From NCBI GenBank assembly GCA_963730185.1, contig CAVSQW010000002.1, positions 32,001 through 96,000 of the forward strand: 64,000 bases of DNA, read 5' to 3'. This document shows, one piece after another, positions 27,491 through 37,544 of this stretch (its first letter is position 1; each line of letters starts with the position of its first letter). The position numbers and the translations under genes were made by a program. This DNA comes from an uncultured Gemmatimonadales bacterium. GTDB lineage: Bacteria; Gemmatimonadota; Gemmatimonadetes; Gemmatimonadales; GWC2-71-9. The notes under the pieces are model-generated. The model was not told the DNA's origin. It did no database searches and was given only the letters and a program-made list of their open reading frames with translations.

Positions 27491-29311
27491 GTGCCCGAAG
27501 TGGACGAGATCGTCAGAGAGTTTGTGGTCGAAAGCGCGGAGAGCCTCGAACAGGTCGATCGCGATCTCGTCGCGCTGGAACGACGCCCCGACGATGATGA
27601 GCTGCTCGGCCGGATCTTCCGCTGCATCCACACGATCAAGGGAACCTGCGGGTTTCTCGGCTTTTCGACCCTCGAGTCGATCACCCACGCCGGCGAGAGT
27701 CTCCTGGCCCGGCTTCGCGACGGCGACCTCCGGCTCACGGCCGAGGGGACCAGCGTCCTCCTCCGCCTCGTCGACGCCGTCCGCGGCGTCTTGGCCCGGA
27801 TCGAAGCGACCGGCGTGGAGGGCGACGCCGACCACGCGGATCTGATCGGAGCCCTGACCCGGCTGCAAGACGTCCCCGAATCCAACTCGGAGGCGCCGGC
27901 GGTGCGCGACATGGGCGAGCTCTTGATGGCCCGGGGAGCGGCCACCCGGGACCAGGTGGCCGAGGCCGCGGTCCGCCAGGGTCGAGGCGACCCCCGTCGG
28001 ATCGGCGAGATCCTGGTCGAGACGGCGCACGTCCCGCCGTCGGCGATCGTCGAGGCGCTCGCGGCGCAGGCGGCCGCCGCCCGCGCCAGCGGCTCCGTCA
28101 CCGACGGGACCGTCCGGGTCGAGGTGCGGATCCTCGACCGGCTCCTGGCCCTGATGGGCGAGCTCGTCGCCGTCCGGAGCGACGTGCTCGATCACCCCGC
28201 CACGGATTCGGATGCCCGGCTGAGCCGGGCGGCGCAACGCCTGGACTGGATCGCCGGCGAGCTGCGCGACGCGGTCGTCACCTCCCGGATGCAGCCGATC
28301 GGAACCCTGTGGGGCAGACTCCCTCGCCTGGTCCGCGACCTGGCCTTGGTCTGTCGGAAGCGGGTCCGGATCGATCTCGAGGGGGAGGCGATTGAGCTCG
28401 ACCGGACGGTCGTCGACGCGATCAAGGACCCCCTCACCCACCTGGTCCGGAACGCGGTCGATCACGGCATCGAGACGCCGGAGTCGCGGCTTGCCCAGGG
28501 CAAGCCGGCCGAAGGCCGCCTCCTCGTCCGGGCCCATCAGGCCGACGGCCAGGTCCACCTCGAGGTCTCGGACGACGGCGCGGGGATCGATCTGGAGAAG
28601 ATCAAGGCCAAGGCGGTGGCGAAGGGCATCCTCCCCCCCGCCCAGGCCGCCCGGTTGAGCGAGCGCGAGGCCCTGACGCTGGTCTTCGTCCCGGGGCTCT
28701 CCAGCGTCGAGGAAGTCAGCACCCTCTCCGGCCGCGGGGTCGGGATGGACGTGGTCCGGACCAACGTCGAGAGGATCGGTGGCACGATCGACATCGTGAC
28801 CGCCAAGGGACGGGGAACCACGCTCCGAATCACCATTCCCCTGACCGTCTCCCTGATCCCGGGTCTGCTCGTCTCCGCCCGCGCCGATCGCTTCGCGATC
28901 CCCCGGGCCAGCCTCCTCGAAGTGGTGCGGCTCGGCGGTGACGAGGTCGATCAGCAGATCGAGACGGTGGGGGGCAGGCCGGTCTACCGGCTCCGGGGCG
29001 AACCACTTCCCCTCGTCGGCCTGGCCGACCTCCTGGCCCTCGATTCCAGCGGGTGGACGCCGGCGGCGGGCTGCGCGGTTGAGATCGTCGTCCTGCGGGC
29101 CGCGGAGGGCACGTTCGGACTCGTCGTGGACGAGGTCAACGAGGCCAGGGAGATCGTGGTGAAACCGCTGGACCGGCAGCTCGAAGGCACCGTCCCATTC
29201 TCAGGGGCCACCGTGATGGGTGACGGGCGGATCGCGCTGATCCTCGACGTGAACGGGATCGCTCGCCTCGGCGGCGTCCGCCGGTCCAGGGTTCCCTCGA
29301 CCGCGGGGTGA
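27491..29311 (+). CDS. cheA: Chemotaxis histidine kinase CheA (Hpt, MshEN-like insert, dimerisation, HATPase, CheW)
   Basis: IFRCIHTIKG, PLTHLVRNAVDHGIE, SGRGVGMDVV and a CheW domain. GTG start after a GGGAG RBS. Confidence 0.93.
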   Translation: MPEVDEIVREFVVESAESLEQVDRDLVALERRPDDDELLGRIFRCIHTIKGTCGFLGFSTLESITHAGESLLARLRDGDLRLTAEGTSVLLRLVDAVRGVLARIEATGVEGDADHADLIGALTRLQDVPESNSEAPAVRDMGELLMARGAATRDQVAEAAVRQGRGDPRRIGEILVETAHVPPSAIVEALAAQAAAARASGSVTDGTVRVEVRILDRLLALMGELVAVRSDVLDHPATDSDARLSRAAQRLDWIAGELRDAVVTSRMQPIGTLWGRLPRLVRDLALVCRKRVRIDLEGEAIELDRTVVDAIKDPLTHLVRNAVDHGIETPESRLAQGKPAEGRLLVRAHQADGQVHLEVSDDGAGIDLEKIKAKAVAKGILPPAQAARLSEREALTLVFVPGLSSVEEVSTLSGRGVGMDVVRTNVERIGGTIDIVTAKGRGTTLRITIPLTVSLIPGLLVSARADRFAIPRASLLEVVRLGGDEVDQQIETVGGRPVYRLRGEPLPLVGLADLLALDSSGWTPAAGCAVEIVVLRAAEGTFGLVVDEVNEAREIVVKPLDRQLEGTVPFSGATVMGDGRIALILDVNGIARLGGVRRSRVPSTAG

Positions 29312-29353
29312 GGCGGGTCGCCCCGGCCGGCGGGAGATCGCCTGGCTTCGGGA

Positions 29354-30316
29354 TCAGGCGGGCCGGGGCCGGCCGGCCAGCTTGGCGTTGTACATCGCCC
29401 GGTCGGCCGACGCCAGGAGCGCCGACAGGTCGGGCTCCGGATCAGCCGTGAAGCTCACCCCGCCGAGGCTGAGCCCGAGCCGGAGCCGGCCGGCCAGCGT
29501 CGCGTTGGCCCGCTCGAGATTGTCGTCGAGCCGGCTCAGCACCGCCCGCCCGCCGTCGCCCGTCTGATCCAACGCCAGCACCGCGAACTCGTCGCCCCCC
29601 AGCCGCGCCAGGACGTCGGATTGACGGAAGGTGGCTCGGAACACGGCCGCCGTTGCCCGAAGAGCCTGGTCACCCATGTGGTGGCCCAGCGAGTCGTTGA
29701 TCCCCTTTAGTCCGTCGAGATCCGCGAACAGCAGCAGGAATTGGCTCCCGGTCCGGTTCCCGAGCCGGACCTGGGTGCCCGCCAGCGTCTGAAACCCCCG
29801 CCGGTTCAGGAGTCCGGTCAGCTCGTCCGTCAGGGACTGGGAGCGGAGTGCCGTCATCTGGCCGTGACGCTCCATCGCGCAGCGGATCGTGCGGGCCAGG
29901 CCGTCCGCCGTCGCCTGGCTCCGGACGACGTAGTCCTGCGCCCCCTGGCGGAGGGCCTCGAGCGCCAGCTCCTCGGTGCGCGCCGAGCAGAGCACCACGA
30001 TCGGTCGCTCCGGGGCCGCCAGCGCGAGCCGGTGGACGAGGTCGGCGTCTTTGGCCGGGAGGTCGATGCTCGCCAGGATCACGTCGACCGGGGTCTCCTC
30101 CAGCCGGCGGAGCGCCTGGGTCGCCGACCCCGCCACCGCCACGCGCACCGAGAACCCCGGCGCCCGGGACAGCAGTTGATGCAATCGCATCGCCTCGACG
30201 GGACTATCTTCGACCACCAACGCCGTGATCGTGGCGCCTCGGTCGTGACGCTTCGCGGACGGCACGGTTCGTCGGTCGGTAGCCGGGCCGACGGGAAGGG
30301 CGGTAAGCGGGGTCAT
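29354..30316 (-). CDS. Diguanylate cyclase with atypical receiver domain (REC-GGDEF)
   Basis: DELTGLLNRR, DLDGLKGINDSLGH and RQSDVLARLGGDEF (intact A-site and RxxD I-site). Confidence 0.92.
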   Translation of the reverse strand: MTPLTALPVGPATDRRTVPSAKRHDRGATITALVVEDSPVEAMRLHQLLSRAPGFSVRVAVAGSATQALRRLEETPVDVILASIDLPAKDADLVHRLALAAPERPIVVLCSARTEELALEALRQGAQDYVVRSQATADGLARTIRCAMERHGQMTALRSQSLTDELTGLLNRRGFQTLAGTQVRLGNRTGSQFLLLFADLDGLKGINDSLGHHMGDQALRATAAVFRATFRQSDVLARLGGDEFAVLALDQTGDGGRAVLSRLDDNLERANATLAGRLRLGLSLGGVSFTADPEPDLSALLASADRAMYNAKLAGRPRPA

Positions 30317-30385
30317 GCGTCCTCGGTTTGGGTCGTGGGCCGGCGGCGTTTCTCGCCTCTCGCCGGTCGTTCGCCGGGACTGAAA

Positions 30386-30401
30386 AGCAGACGGTGTGCC
30401 A
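30386..30401 (-). promoter_or_regulatory. Sigma54 promoter of the diguanylate cyclase
   Basis: Minus strand reads TGGCAC-ACCGT-CTGCT with GG-N10-GC spacing. Confidence 0.72.
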
Positions 30402-30418
30402 GTTGGTTCGATTTTACG

Positions 30419-30431
30419 TAACCTATTGATT
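30419..30431 (-). promoter_or_regulatory. IHF binding site
   Basis: Minus strand AATCAATAGGTTA matches WATCAANNNNTTR exactly. It lies in an AT-rich patch just upstream of the -24 box. Confidence 0.65.
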
Positions 30432-30514
30432 CACAACATGCTGCCTTGCGCGATCGCGGTCCGGAGCCGGGCCGGTCTCGCTGCCGGGCCAGCAGGAACT
30501 TCCGGGAGGTGGCC

Positions 30515-30898
30515 GTGCGGGAGCGGGTTTCGACCGGAACGCCTTGGGAGCCGGTGGTCGGGTACAGCCGGGCCGTCCGGGTCGGGAACCTGGTGCACGT
30601 GTCCGGCACCACGGCGACCGACGAGCGGGGGCAGTTGGTCGGCCGGGGCGACGCCTATGCCCAGACCGTCCGGATCATCGAGAACCTGAAGCAGGCCCTC
30701 GCCCGGGTCGGGGCCGGCCTCGACCATGTGGTCCGGACCCGGATGTACGTCACCGACATCGGCCGCTGGGAGGAGGTCGGTCGGGCCCACGGCGAGGCCT
30801 TCCGGGACATCCGGCCGGCGACCTCCATGGTTGAGGTCAGTCGCCTGATCGACCCCGACATGCTGGTCGAGATCGAGGCCGAGGCCGTCGTCGACTGA
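30515..30898 (+). CDS. RidA/YjgF/UK114 family protein
   Basis: [29 protein letters not shown] and [11 protein letters not shown] start after GGGAGG. Confidence 0.9.
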   Translation: MRERVSTGTPWEPVVGYSRAVRVGNLVHVSGTTATDERGQLVGRGDAYAQTVRIIENLKQALARVGAGLDHVVRTRMYVTDIGRWEEVGRAHGEAFRDIRPATSMVEVSRLIDPDMLVEIEAEAVVD

Positions 30899-30938
30899 GC
30901 GCGTGGGATCCCGGGCCCGACCGGCCTATAATTCCTCC

Positions 30939-31844
30939 ATGCCCGAACCAGGTCTGCCCGCCACGCTCGTGACCACGCTCACGGGCGCCATCGACTACGC
31001 CGGTCTCTTCCCGCCCGCCGCGCTCGCCCTGCCCGACGCGGTGGCCAACTACGCCGATTATCGCGCCTCCGACGACGCCTGGGCCCTTGGCCGCCTGATC
31101 GTGCCGGCGGCGCGCCTGCTCGCGCTCGAGGCCGCCCTGGCTCGACTCGACCCGGCCCGGCTCGGCGGCATCCCCTGGGACCTGAGCGTTACCCTCGGTC
31201 CCGACTGGGAAGCCGACGGGCGGTCGCTGGACGGGTTCCACGCCAGCGGCGGCACCACCCGCGCCGTGCCCGATGCGATCGAGGCCCGGGTTCGCGACGC
31301 TGCGGCCGTGGGCCGACTCGCCGGCCTCGTCGGCAGCGACAAAGCCGTTTTCGGCGAGGTGGCCCCCGGCCCGGCGAGCGCGGAGGTGCTCGCGGCTCTG
31401 GCCGAGGCGGGCCTCGCGGCCAAGATTCGGATGGGTGGGGTCACGCCCGACGCCTTTCCCGCACCAGAGTTCGTGGCCGACTTCCTGATCGGTGTCGCCC
31501 GGCTCGCGCTGCCGTTCAAGGCCACCGCCGGGCTCCATCATCCGATCCGTGGCCCTTACCCACTGACCTACGCTCCCGATGCCGCGCGAGGCACCATGTA
31601 CGGATACCTCAACGTCGTGCTGGCCGCCGCGCTGGCCCGCGAGGGCGCCCCGGCCCCGACGGTGCGCAGCGCGCTCCTCGAGACCGACCGGGGCGCCCTC
31701 CGATTCGACGACGACGGACTGACCTGGCGCGAGTCACGGGTGAGTCGGCGGGTGCTCGATCAGCTCCGGGCCGGCGGATTGCGGGGGTGGGGCTCCTGTT
31801 CGTTCCGCGAGCCGATGGACGAGCTCCGCCCGGTGCTCCGCTGA
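30939..31844 (+). CDS. Conserved hypothetical protein coupled to fahA
   Basis: Motif-like segments [25 protein letters not shown] and [14 protein letters not shown] lies 6 nt before the ATG, and the stop overlaps the fahA start. Confidence 0.75.
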   Translation: MPEPGLPATLVTTLTGAIDYAGLFPPAALALPDAVANYADYRASDDAWALGRLIVPAARLLALEAALARLDPARLGGIPWDLSVTLGPDWEADGRSLDGFHASGGTTRAVPDAIEARVRDAAAVGRLAGLVGSDKAVFGEVAPGPASAEVLAALAEAGLAAKIRMGGVTPDAFPAPEFVADFLIGVARLALPFKATAGLHHPIRGPYPLTYAPDAARGTMYGYLNVVLAAALAREGAPAPTVRSALLETDRGALRFDDDGLTWRESRVSRRVLDQLRAGGLRGWGSCSFREPMDELRPVLR

Positions 31845-33166
31845 TGTCCTTCCAGCCTGGCCCGACCCACGATCCCTCCGCTCGCTCCTGGGTCGAGTCC
31901 GCCCAGCGGCCCGGGACCGACTTTCCGATTCAGAACCTTCCCTTCGGCGTGTTTCGCCGGCGGGGCGGCCCCGAGACCCCGCGAATCGGCGTGGCGATCG
32001 GGGACGAAGTGCTCGACCTGGCGGCCATGGTGGGGCAGGGGCTGCTCGACGGGCTCGATCCCGACCTCCGCACGGCGGCGGCCGGACGCACCCTGAACCC
32101 GCTCATGGCGCTCGGCCGCGACGCGGCGACGGCCCTCCGGTACGCTCTGTTCGAGCTGCTCACCGACGCCGGTCCAGGCCGCCGGCTGGCGGCCCCCGCC
32201 CTGATGCCGATGGAGGGGATCGAGCTCCTCCGGCCGGTCGACGTGGGCGACTACACCGACTTCTATGCGTCGATCTTCCACGCCACCAACGTCGGCAGCA
32301 TGTTCCGGCCCGACAACCCGCTGCTCCCGAACTACAAGTACCTCCCGATCGGCTACCACGGCCGGGCCTCGTCGATCGTGGTCAGCGGCACGCCGGTCCG
32401 TCGGCCGATGGGCCAGACCAAGGGCGATCAGGACGTCGCGCCGTCGTTCGGTCCCAGTCGGGCTCTCGACTACGAGTGCGAGGTCGGCGCCTTCGATCGG
32501 GCCGGGCAACTCGCTCGGCGAGCGGATCGCGCTCGCCCAGGCCGAGGCCCACCTGTTCGGGCTCTGCCTGCTCAACGACTGGTCGGCGCGGGACATCCAG
32601 GCGCTGGGAGTACCAGCCGCTCGGGCCGTTCCTCGCCAAGAGCTTCGCCTCGACCATCTCGCCCTGGGTGGTCACCGCCGACGCCTTGGCGCCGTTCCGG
32701 GTGCCGGCCTTCGAGCGCCCCGCCGATGACCCCGACCCGCTGCCCTACCTGTCGCACGAGGCCGACCGGGCCCGGGGCGGCGTCGAGCTCACGGTCGAGG
32801 TGCTCCTCGCGTCCGAGCGAATGCGCGCGCGACGGCATGGCGCCCTTCCGGGTGAGCTCGGCCCGCTTCGCCACCATGTACTGGACGGTCGGGCAGATGA
32901 TCACCCACCACGCCAGCAACGGCTGCAACCTTCGCCCCGGTGACCTCCTGGGCAGCGGCACCGTGTCCGGGCCGGCGCGGGAGAGCCGGGGGTGCCTTCT
33001 GGAGCTGACTTGGCGGGGCGCCGAGCCCATCGCCCTGCCCACGGGCGAGGAGCGGCGCTTCCTGCTCGACGGCGACGAAGTGCTGATCCGCGGCTTCTGC
33101 GACCGCGCCGGTACGGCCCGGATCGGCCTGGGTGAGTGCCGGGGGATCATTCTTCCCGCCGGGTGA
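31844..33166 (+). CDS. fahA: Fumarylacetoacetase with three apparent +1 insertions (near 32495, 32603, 32827)
   Basis: [55 protein letters not shown] and [11 protein letters not shown] are spread over three frames. Confidence 0.9.
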   Translation: MSFQPGPTHDPSARSWVESAQRPGTDFPIQNLPFGVFRRRGGPETPRIGVAIGDEVLDLAAMVGQGLLDGLDPDLRTAAAGRTLNPLMALGRDAATALRYALFELLTDAGPGRRLAAPALMPMEGIELLRPVDVGDYTDFYASIFHATNVGSMFRPDNPLLPNYKYLPIGYHGRASSIVVSGTPVRRPMGQTKGDQDVAPSFGPSRALDYECEVGAFDRAGQLARRADRARPGRGPPVRALPAQRLVGAGHPGAGSTSRSGRSSPRASPRPSRPGWSPPTPWRRSGCRPSSAPPMTPTRCPTCRTRPTGPGAASSSRSRCSSRPSECARDGMAPFRVSSARFATMYWTVGQMITHHASNGCNLRPGDLLGSGTVSGPARESRGCLLELTWRGAEPIALPTGEERRFLLDGDEVLIRGFCDRAGTARIGLGECRGIILPAG

Positions 33167-33209
33167 TCCGAATGCCGCGGGCGGAGCGCGTTACCCTCGG
33201 AGGTGAACG

Positions 33210-33845
33210 ATGAGTCTCGCCGACCGGCGGGTCGAATACGGGCGCGCGTCGCTCGATCCCGCCGCCGTAGATCCCGATCCCTTCCGACAGTTCTCGGTCT
33301 GGTTCGACGCCGCCGCGGCCGGCGGGGTGCCGGAGCCGAACGCGATGACCCTGGCCACCGCCAGCGCCGACGGGATGCCGTCCGCTCGGGTGGTGCTGCT
33401 CAAGGGGGTCGATCGCCACGGCTTCGTCTTCTACACCGACTATCGGAGCCGGAAGGGTGGGGAGCTGGCCGCCAACCCGCGGGCCGCGCTCGTCTTCTTC
33501 TGGCCTGCCCTCGAGCGGCAAGTGCGGATCGGCGGCATGGTGGAACGGGTGAGCCCGGCCGAGTCGGACGAGTACTATCAGAGCCGCCCCCACGGGAGCC
33601 GGGTCGGGGCCTGGGTCTCCTCGCAGAGCGCCGTGCTCCCCGACCGGGCCACGCTCGACGCGGCGTGGCGAGATGCCGCGGCCCGCTTCGGCGACGGCCC
33701 GGTGCCCCGGCCCGAGCACTGGGGCGGCTATCGGGTCGTGCCGGACGAGGTCGAGTTCTGGCAGGGGCGTCCCAACCGGCTGCACGACCGGGTCCGCTAT
33801 CGCCGCCTGGCCGATGGCTGGCGGGTCGAGCGACTCTGGCCCTGA
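33210..33845 (+). CDS. pdxH: Pyridoxamine 5'-phosphate oxidase
   Basis: [21 protein letters not shown] and [13 protein letters not shown]. Confidence 0.96.
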   Translation: MSLADRRVEYGRASLDPAAVDPDPFRQFSVWFDAAAAGGVPEPNAMTLATASADGMPSARVVLLKGVDRHGFVFYTDYRSRKGGELAANPRAALVFFWPALERQVRIGGMVERVSPAESDEYYQSRPHGSRVGAWVSSQSAVLPDRATLDAAWRDAAARFGDGPVPRPEHWGGYRVVPDEVEFWQGRPNRLHDRVRYRRLADGWRVERLWP

Positions 33846-33879
33846 CGTCACGACCCTCCCACTGAGGAGATAACCCGGC

Positions 33880-36219
33880 ATGGCCTCTGTCCGCTCGGTC
33901 CTCGCTCTCTTCGCCGCCGGCGCGCTCGTCGCGGCCCCGGCCGAGGCCCAGGCGCCGCGCCGGCTCGCGGTCGATTGGATCATGCGAGGCCCGGAGCTGG
34001 TGGGCCGGACCCCGTCGTCCGTTGCCTGGTCGCCCGATGGGCAGTGGCTCTACTTCCAGTGGCTGCCTCCCGGCTCGGCCTGGGACGCCTCGCTCGCCCG
34101 CTATCGGGTCCGGGCGGTGCCCGGCGCGGTGCCCGAGTCGCTCACCACGGCGCAAGCGGATTCGCTGGCGCCGCTCTTCGCCCGGGGCGGTAGCACCAGC
34201 CCGGATCGCCGGCAGCGGGTGGTCTCGGTCGGCGGCGATCTCTTTCTGGTGGCCCAGCCGAGTGGCGCGATTCGCCGGCTCACCCACACCCCCGGCGTCA
34301 CCGAGACCGATCCCCATTTCGACGGCGCCGGCCGGGCGGTGCTGTTCCGGCGCGACCAGAACCTGGTCCGGTTCGACCTGGCGACGGTGGCCGTGACCCA
34401 GCTCACCGATATCCGGCCCGGTCCGGCGCCAGACTCCACGCCCCCCACGGGCCAGCGAGGCTTCGTCGCCCGCGAAGAACGGTCGCTGGTCCGGGCGGTG
34501 GACGAACGGCTGGCACGGGACAGCCTGGACCGGCTGGCGCGCCAGGTCCGGACCGCCGACGACCCCAAGCCCGTCTATCTCGCCAAGGGAGAGCGGGTCT
34601 CCCGGCTGGTCCCCTCCCCGGATGGCTCTCGGGCGCTGATCGTCGTGACCCGGCCGTCCGACCCGCGGCGGACCGAGGTGCCGAACTACGTCACCGAGAG
34701 CGGATACACCGAGGACATTCCCGGCCGGACCAAGGTCGGCGACGTGCAGCCCCGCCAACGGGTCGGCGTCCTCCGGATCGGGTCGGACAGCGTCACCTGG
34801 CTCGATCCCCTCCCCGGCGATTCGAGCGGGGTGTACGTCCGGCTCGACGATCGAGGCTGGAACGACGACGGAACGGCGGTCCTGCTCTGGGTCACCAGTC
34901 GCGACTACAACGAGCGCCGGCTGCTCGCCGTCGACACCGCGGGCGCGATCACCTCCCTCGACGTGCTCCGCGACAGCACCTGGGTGGGCGGCGTCGGGGG
35001 GCGGTGCTTCGGGTGCGCGGGCTGGCTCCCGGGGCGGACCGGAGCCTGGTTCGTGTCCGAGGAGGATGGCTACGCCCACCTGTACACCGTTGGCCCCGAC
35101 GGGTCCGGCAAGGCCCAGCGGACCCGGGGCCAGTGGGAGGTGCTCTCGGCCGAGCTGACCGCCGACCGCTCGGCCTGGGCCCTCCACACCAGCGAAGCCT
35201 CGCCGTTCGAGCGGCAGTTCTACCTGCTTCCAGTGTCGGGCGGTCCCGCCCGCCGGCTCACGAAGGAGGTCGGCGGACATGAGGTCGAGCTCTCGCCCGA
35301 CGGCTCGCTGCTGGCCGACGTCTTCTCGACCGCGAATCATCCCCCCGAGCTCTATCTCCAACCGGCCACGCTGGATGGCGGGCGTGCCCGCCTGACCACT
35401 TCGCCCACGGCGGAGTGGTCCCGCTTTCCGTGGATCAAACCCGAGATCGTCTGGGTTCCGGCGTCCGACGGGGTCAAGGTGCCGGCCCGGATCTATCGCC
35501 CCGCCGATCTCCACGCCCGCCCCAACGGGGCCGGGGTGATCTTCGTCCACGGCGCCGGCTACCTCCACAACGTGCACCGCTACTGGTCCGACTATTTCCG
35601 CGAGTACATGTTCAACCAGCTCCTCGCCCAGCGCGGCTATGTGGTGCTCGACCTCGACTACCGCGCCTCGGCCGGCTACGGCCGGGCCTGGCGGGAGGCC
35701 ATCTACCGGCACATGGGCGGGCGCGATCTCCAGGACCAGGTGGATGGCGCCCGCTACCTGAACCGGCGGTACGGCGTCTCCTTCGATCGAATCGGGATCT
35801 ACGGTGGGAGCTACGGCGGATTCCTCACCCTGATGGCGCTCTTCAGGGAAAGCAAGTACTTCGGCGCCGGCGCGGCGCTTCGAAGCGTGACCGACTGGGC
35901 TCATTACAACCACGGCTATACCGCCGCGATCCTCAACGAGCCCGAGCAGGACTCCGTCGCCTTCCGCCAGTCGTCGCCGATCTACTTCGCCGAGGGGCTT
36001 GAGGATCCGCTCTTGATGGCCCACGGGATGGTGGACGTGAACGTCCACTTCCAGGACATCGTCCGCCTGACGCAGCGCCTGATCGAGCTCGGCAAGACCA
36101 ACTGGGAGCTCGCCGTCTACCCGGTCGAGAGCCACGGCTTCGTCCGGCCCGATTCCTGGACCGACGAATACCGGCGGATCCTCGCCCTCTTCGATCGGTC
36201 GCTCCAACCCAAGCCATGA
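33880..36219 (+). CDS. Secreted S9 family (DPP-IV-like) peptidase
   Basis: Signal peptide, beta-propeller repeats (WSPDG), GGSYGG nucleophile, HGMVDVNV and ESHGF. Confidence 0.9.
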   Translation: MASVRSVLALFAAGALVAAPAEAQAPRRLAVDWIMRGPELVGRTPSSVAWSPDGQWLYFQWLPPGSAWDASLARYRVRAVPGAVPESLTTAQADSLAPLFARGGSTSPDRRQRVVSVGGDLFLVAQPSGAIRRLTHTPGVTETDPHFDGAGRAVLFRRDQNLVRFDLATVAVTQLTDIRPGPAPDSTPPTGQRGFVAREERSLVRAVDERLARDSLDRLARQVRTADDPKPVYLAKGERVSRLVPSPDGSRALIVVTRPSDPRRTEVPNYVTESGYTEDIPGRTKVGDVQPRQRVGVLRIGSDSVTWLDPLPGDSSGVYVRLDDRGWNDDGTAVLLWVTSRDYNERRLLAVDTAGAITSLDVLRDSTWVGGVGGRCFGCAGWLPGRTGAWFVSEEDGYAHLYTVGPDGSGKAQRTRGQWEVLSAELTADRSAWALHTSEASPFERQFYLLPVSGGPARRLTKEVGGHEVELSPDGSLLADVFSTANHPPELYLQPATLDGGRARLTTSPTAEWSRFPWIKPEIVWVPASDGVKVPARIYRPADLHARPNGAGVIFVHGAGYLHNVHRYWSDYFREYMFNQLLAQRGYVVLDLDYRASAGYGRAWREAIYRHMGGRDLQDQVDGARYLNRRYGVSFDRIGIYGGSYGGFLTLMALFRESKYFGAGAALRSVTDWAHYNHGYTAAILNEPEQDSVAFRQSSPIYFAEGLEDPLLMAHGMVDVNVHFQDIVRLTQRLIELGKTNWELAVYPVESHGFVRPDSWTDEYRRILALFDRSLQPKP

Positions 36220-37544
36220 CCGAACTCGCCCGCCGCTTCGAGACCCACCTCGCCCGGTTCGGCCTCCCGGCCGGCTCCGCGATGGTCGGGGTCTCGGGTG
36301 GAGTGGACTCGCTCGCGCTCCTCGATCTGTTGAGCCGCGCGGCAGGTCCGCTGGGGCTCGCCCTCGCGGTGCTGCACGTCGATCACGGAATCGACCCCGC
36401 CAGCGGCGAGGTCGCGGAGCGGATTCGCGCGGTCGCGGCTCGCTACGGACTGCCGTGCGTGGTGGAACGTCTGGCCCTCGGCGCCGGAGCGACCGAGACC
36501 GGAGCTCGGCGGGAGCGCTACCGGGCCTTCCGGGGCGCGCTGGCCCGGGAGGACTGCCGCCTGCTCTTCCTGGCTCACCAGGCCGACGATCAGGCCGAGA
36601 CCGTCCTGATGCGGCTCCTCCGGGGGTCGGGACCCGCCGGGTTGGCCGGGATTCCGGAGCGGCGGGGACCGTTCGTCCGGCCCCTGCTTCCGTTCCGCCG
36701 AACGGAGCTGGAGCGGCACCTGGCCCATCTCGGACTCGAGGCCTGGAGCGATCCAGCCAATCACGATCGCCGGCACCTCCGGGCCTGGGTCCGACACGAC
36801 GTGATGCCGGTGCTGGTCGCAAGAATTCCTGAGGTGGTCGCGAATCTGGGCCGGTCTGCCCGTCTGGCAGGGGAGAACCGGCGAGCCTGGCAGGGCGTCG
36901 TGAAGTCGCTGCCGGAGCTCGATTTTCGGGTCGATCAGGGGGTCGCTTCCGTTGCTGCGGTCCCGCTGAAAGGGTATAGTTCGGCGCTCAGGCGTGCGAT
37001 CCTTCGGGCCCTGGCCCGGCGGGTCGGCGTGAGCCTGGGCGCATGCGCTCTCGATCGAGTCGAAGCGCTTGTGAGCCACGGACATACGGGCCAGGTGCTC
37101 GAGCTGGCGGCCGGCGGTCGGGCCGAGTGCGCGTTCGGCCGAATCCGAGTGTTCCAGCCCGCCGGGACTCCGGAGGTCGGTGAGAGGGTGCTGACGGGTG
37201 AGCGGGGCAGCGTGAACCTGGGACCGTGGCGGCTCAGCTGGAGCCCGGACCGAGGGCCCGCGGCGCTCGACCGGGGCGGGATGACCACCTGGGTGTCGCC
37301 AGACGCGGCGCTCTCGGTCCGCGGGTGGCGGCCCGGAGACCGGATTCGGCCTCTGGGAGGTCGCGGTTCGCGGTTGGTGGTGCGGTGTATGCAGGATCTG
37401 AAGGTGGCGCGCAGTCGTCGGCCAGGATGGCCGGTCGTGGAGCAGGGAGGCCGGGTCCTATGGGTGCCCGGCGTCTGCCGAAGCGACGATTTGGTGCCGG
37501 AACCGAAGGGAGATGCGTTGCGGATCGATGCCCGTCCAATCTGA
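36216..37544 (+). CDS. tilS: tRNA(Ile)-lysidine synthetase
   Basis: PP-loop SGGVDS, HVDHG, AHQADDQAET and DPAN. Part of the tilS-hpt-ftsH synteny. Confidence 0.94.
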   Translation: MTELARRFETHLARFGLPAGSAMVGVSGGVDSLALLDLLSRAAGPLGLALAVLHVDHGIDPASGEVAERIRAVAARYGLPCVVERLALGAGATETGARRERYRAFRGALAREDCRLLFLAHQADDQAETVLMRLLRGSGPAGLAGIPERRGPFVRPLLPFRRTELERHLAHLGLEAWSDPANHDRRHLRAWVRHDVMPVLVARIPEVVANLGRSARLAGENRRAWQGVVKSLPELDFRVDQGVASVAAVPLKGYSSALRRAILRALARRVGVSLGACALDRVEALVSHGHTGQVLELAAGGRAECAFGRIRVFQPAGTPEVGERVLTGERGSVNLGPWRLSWSPDRGPAALDRGGMTTWVSPDAALSVRGWRPGDRIRPLGGRGSRLVVRCMQDLKVARSRRPGWPVVEQGGRVLWVPGVCRSDDLVPEPKGDALRIDARPI

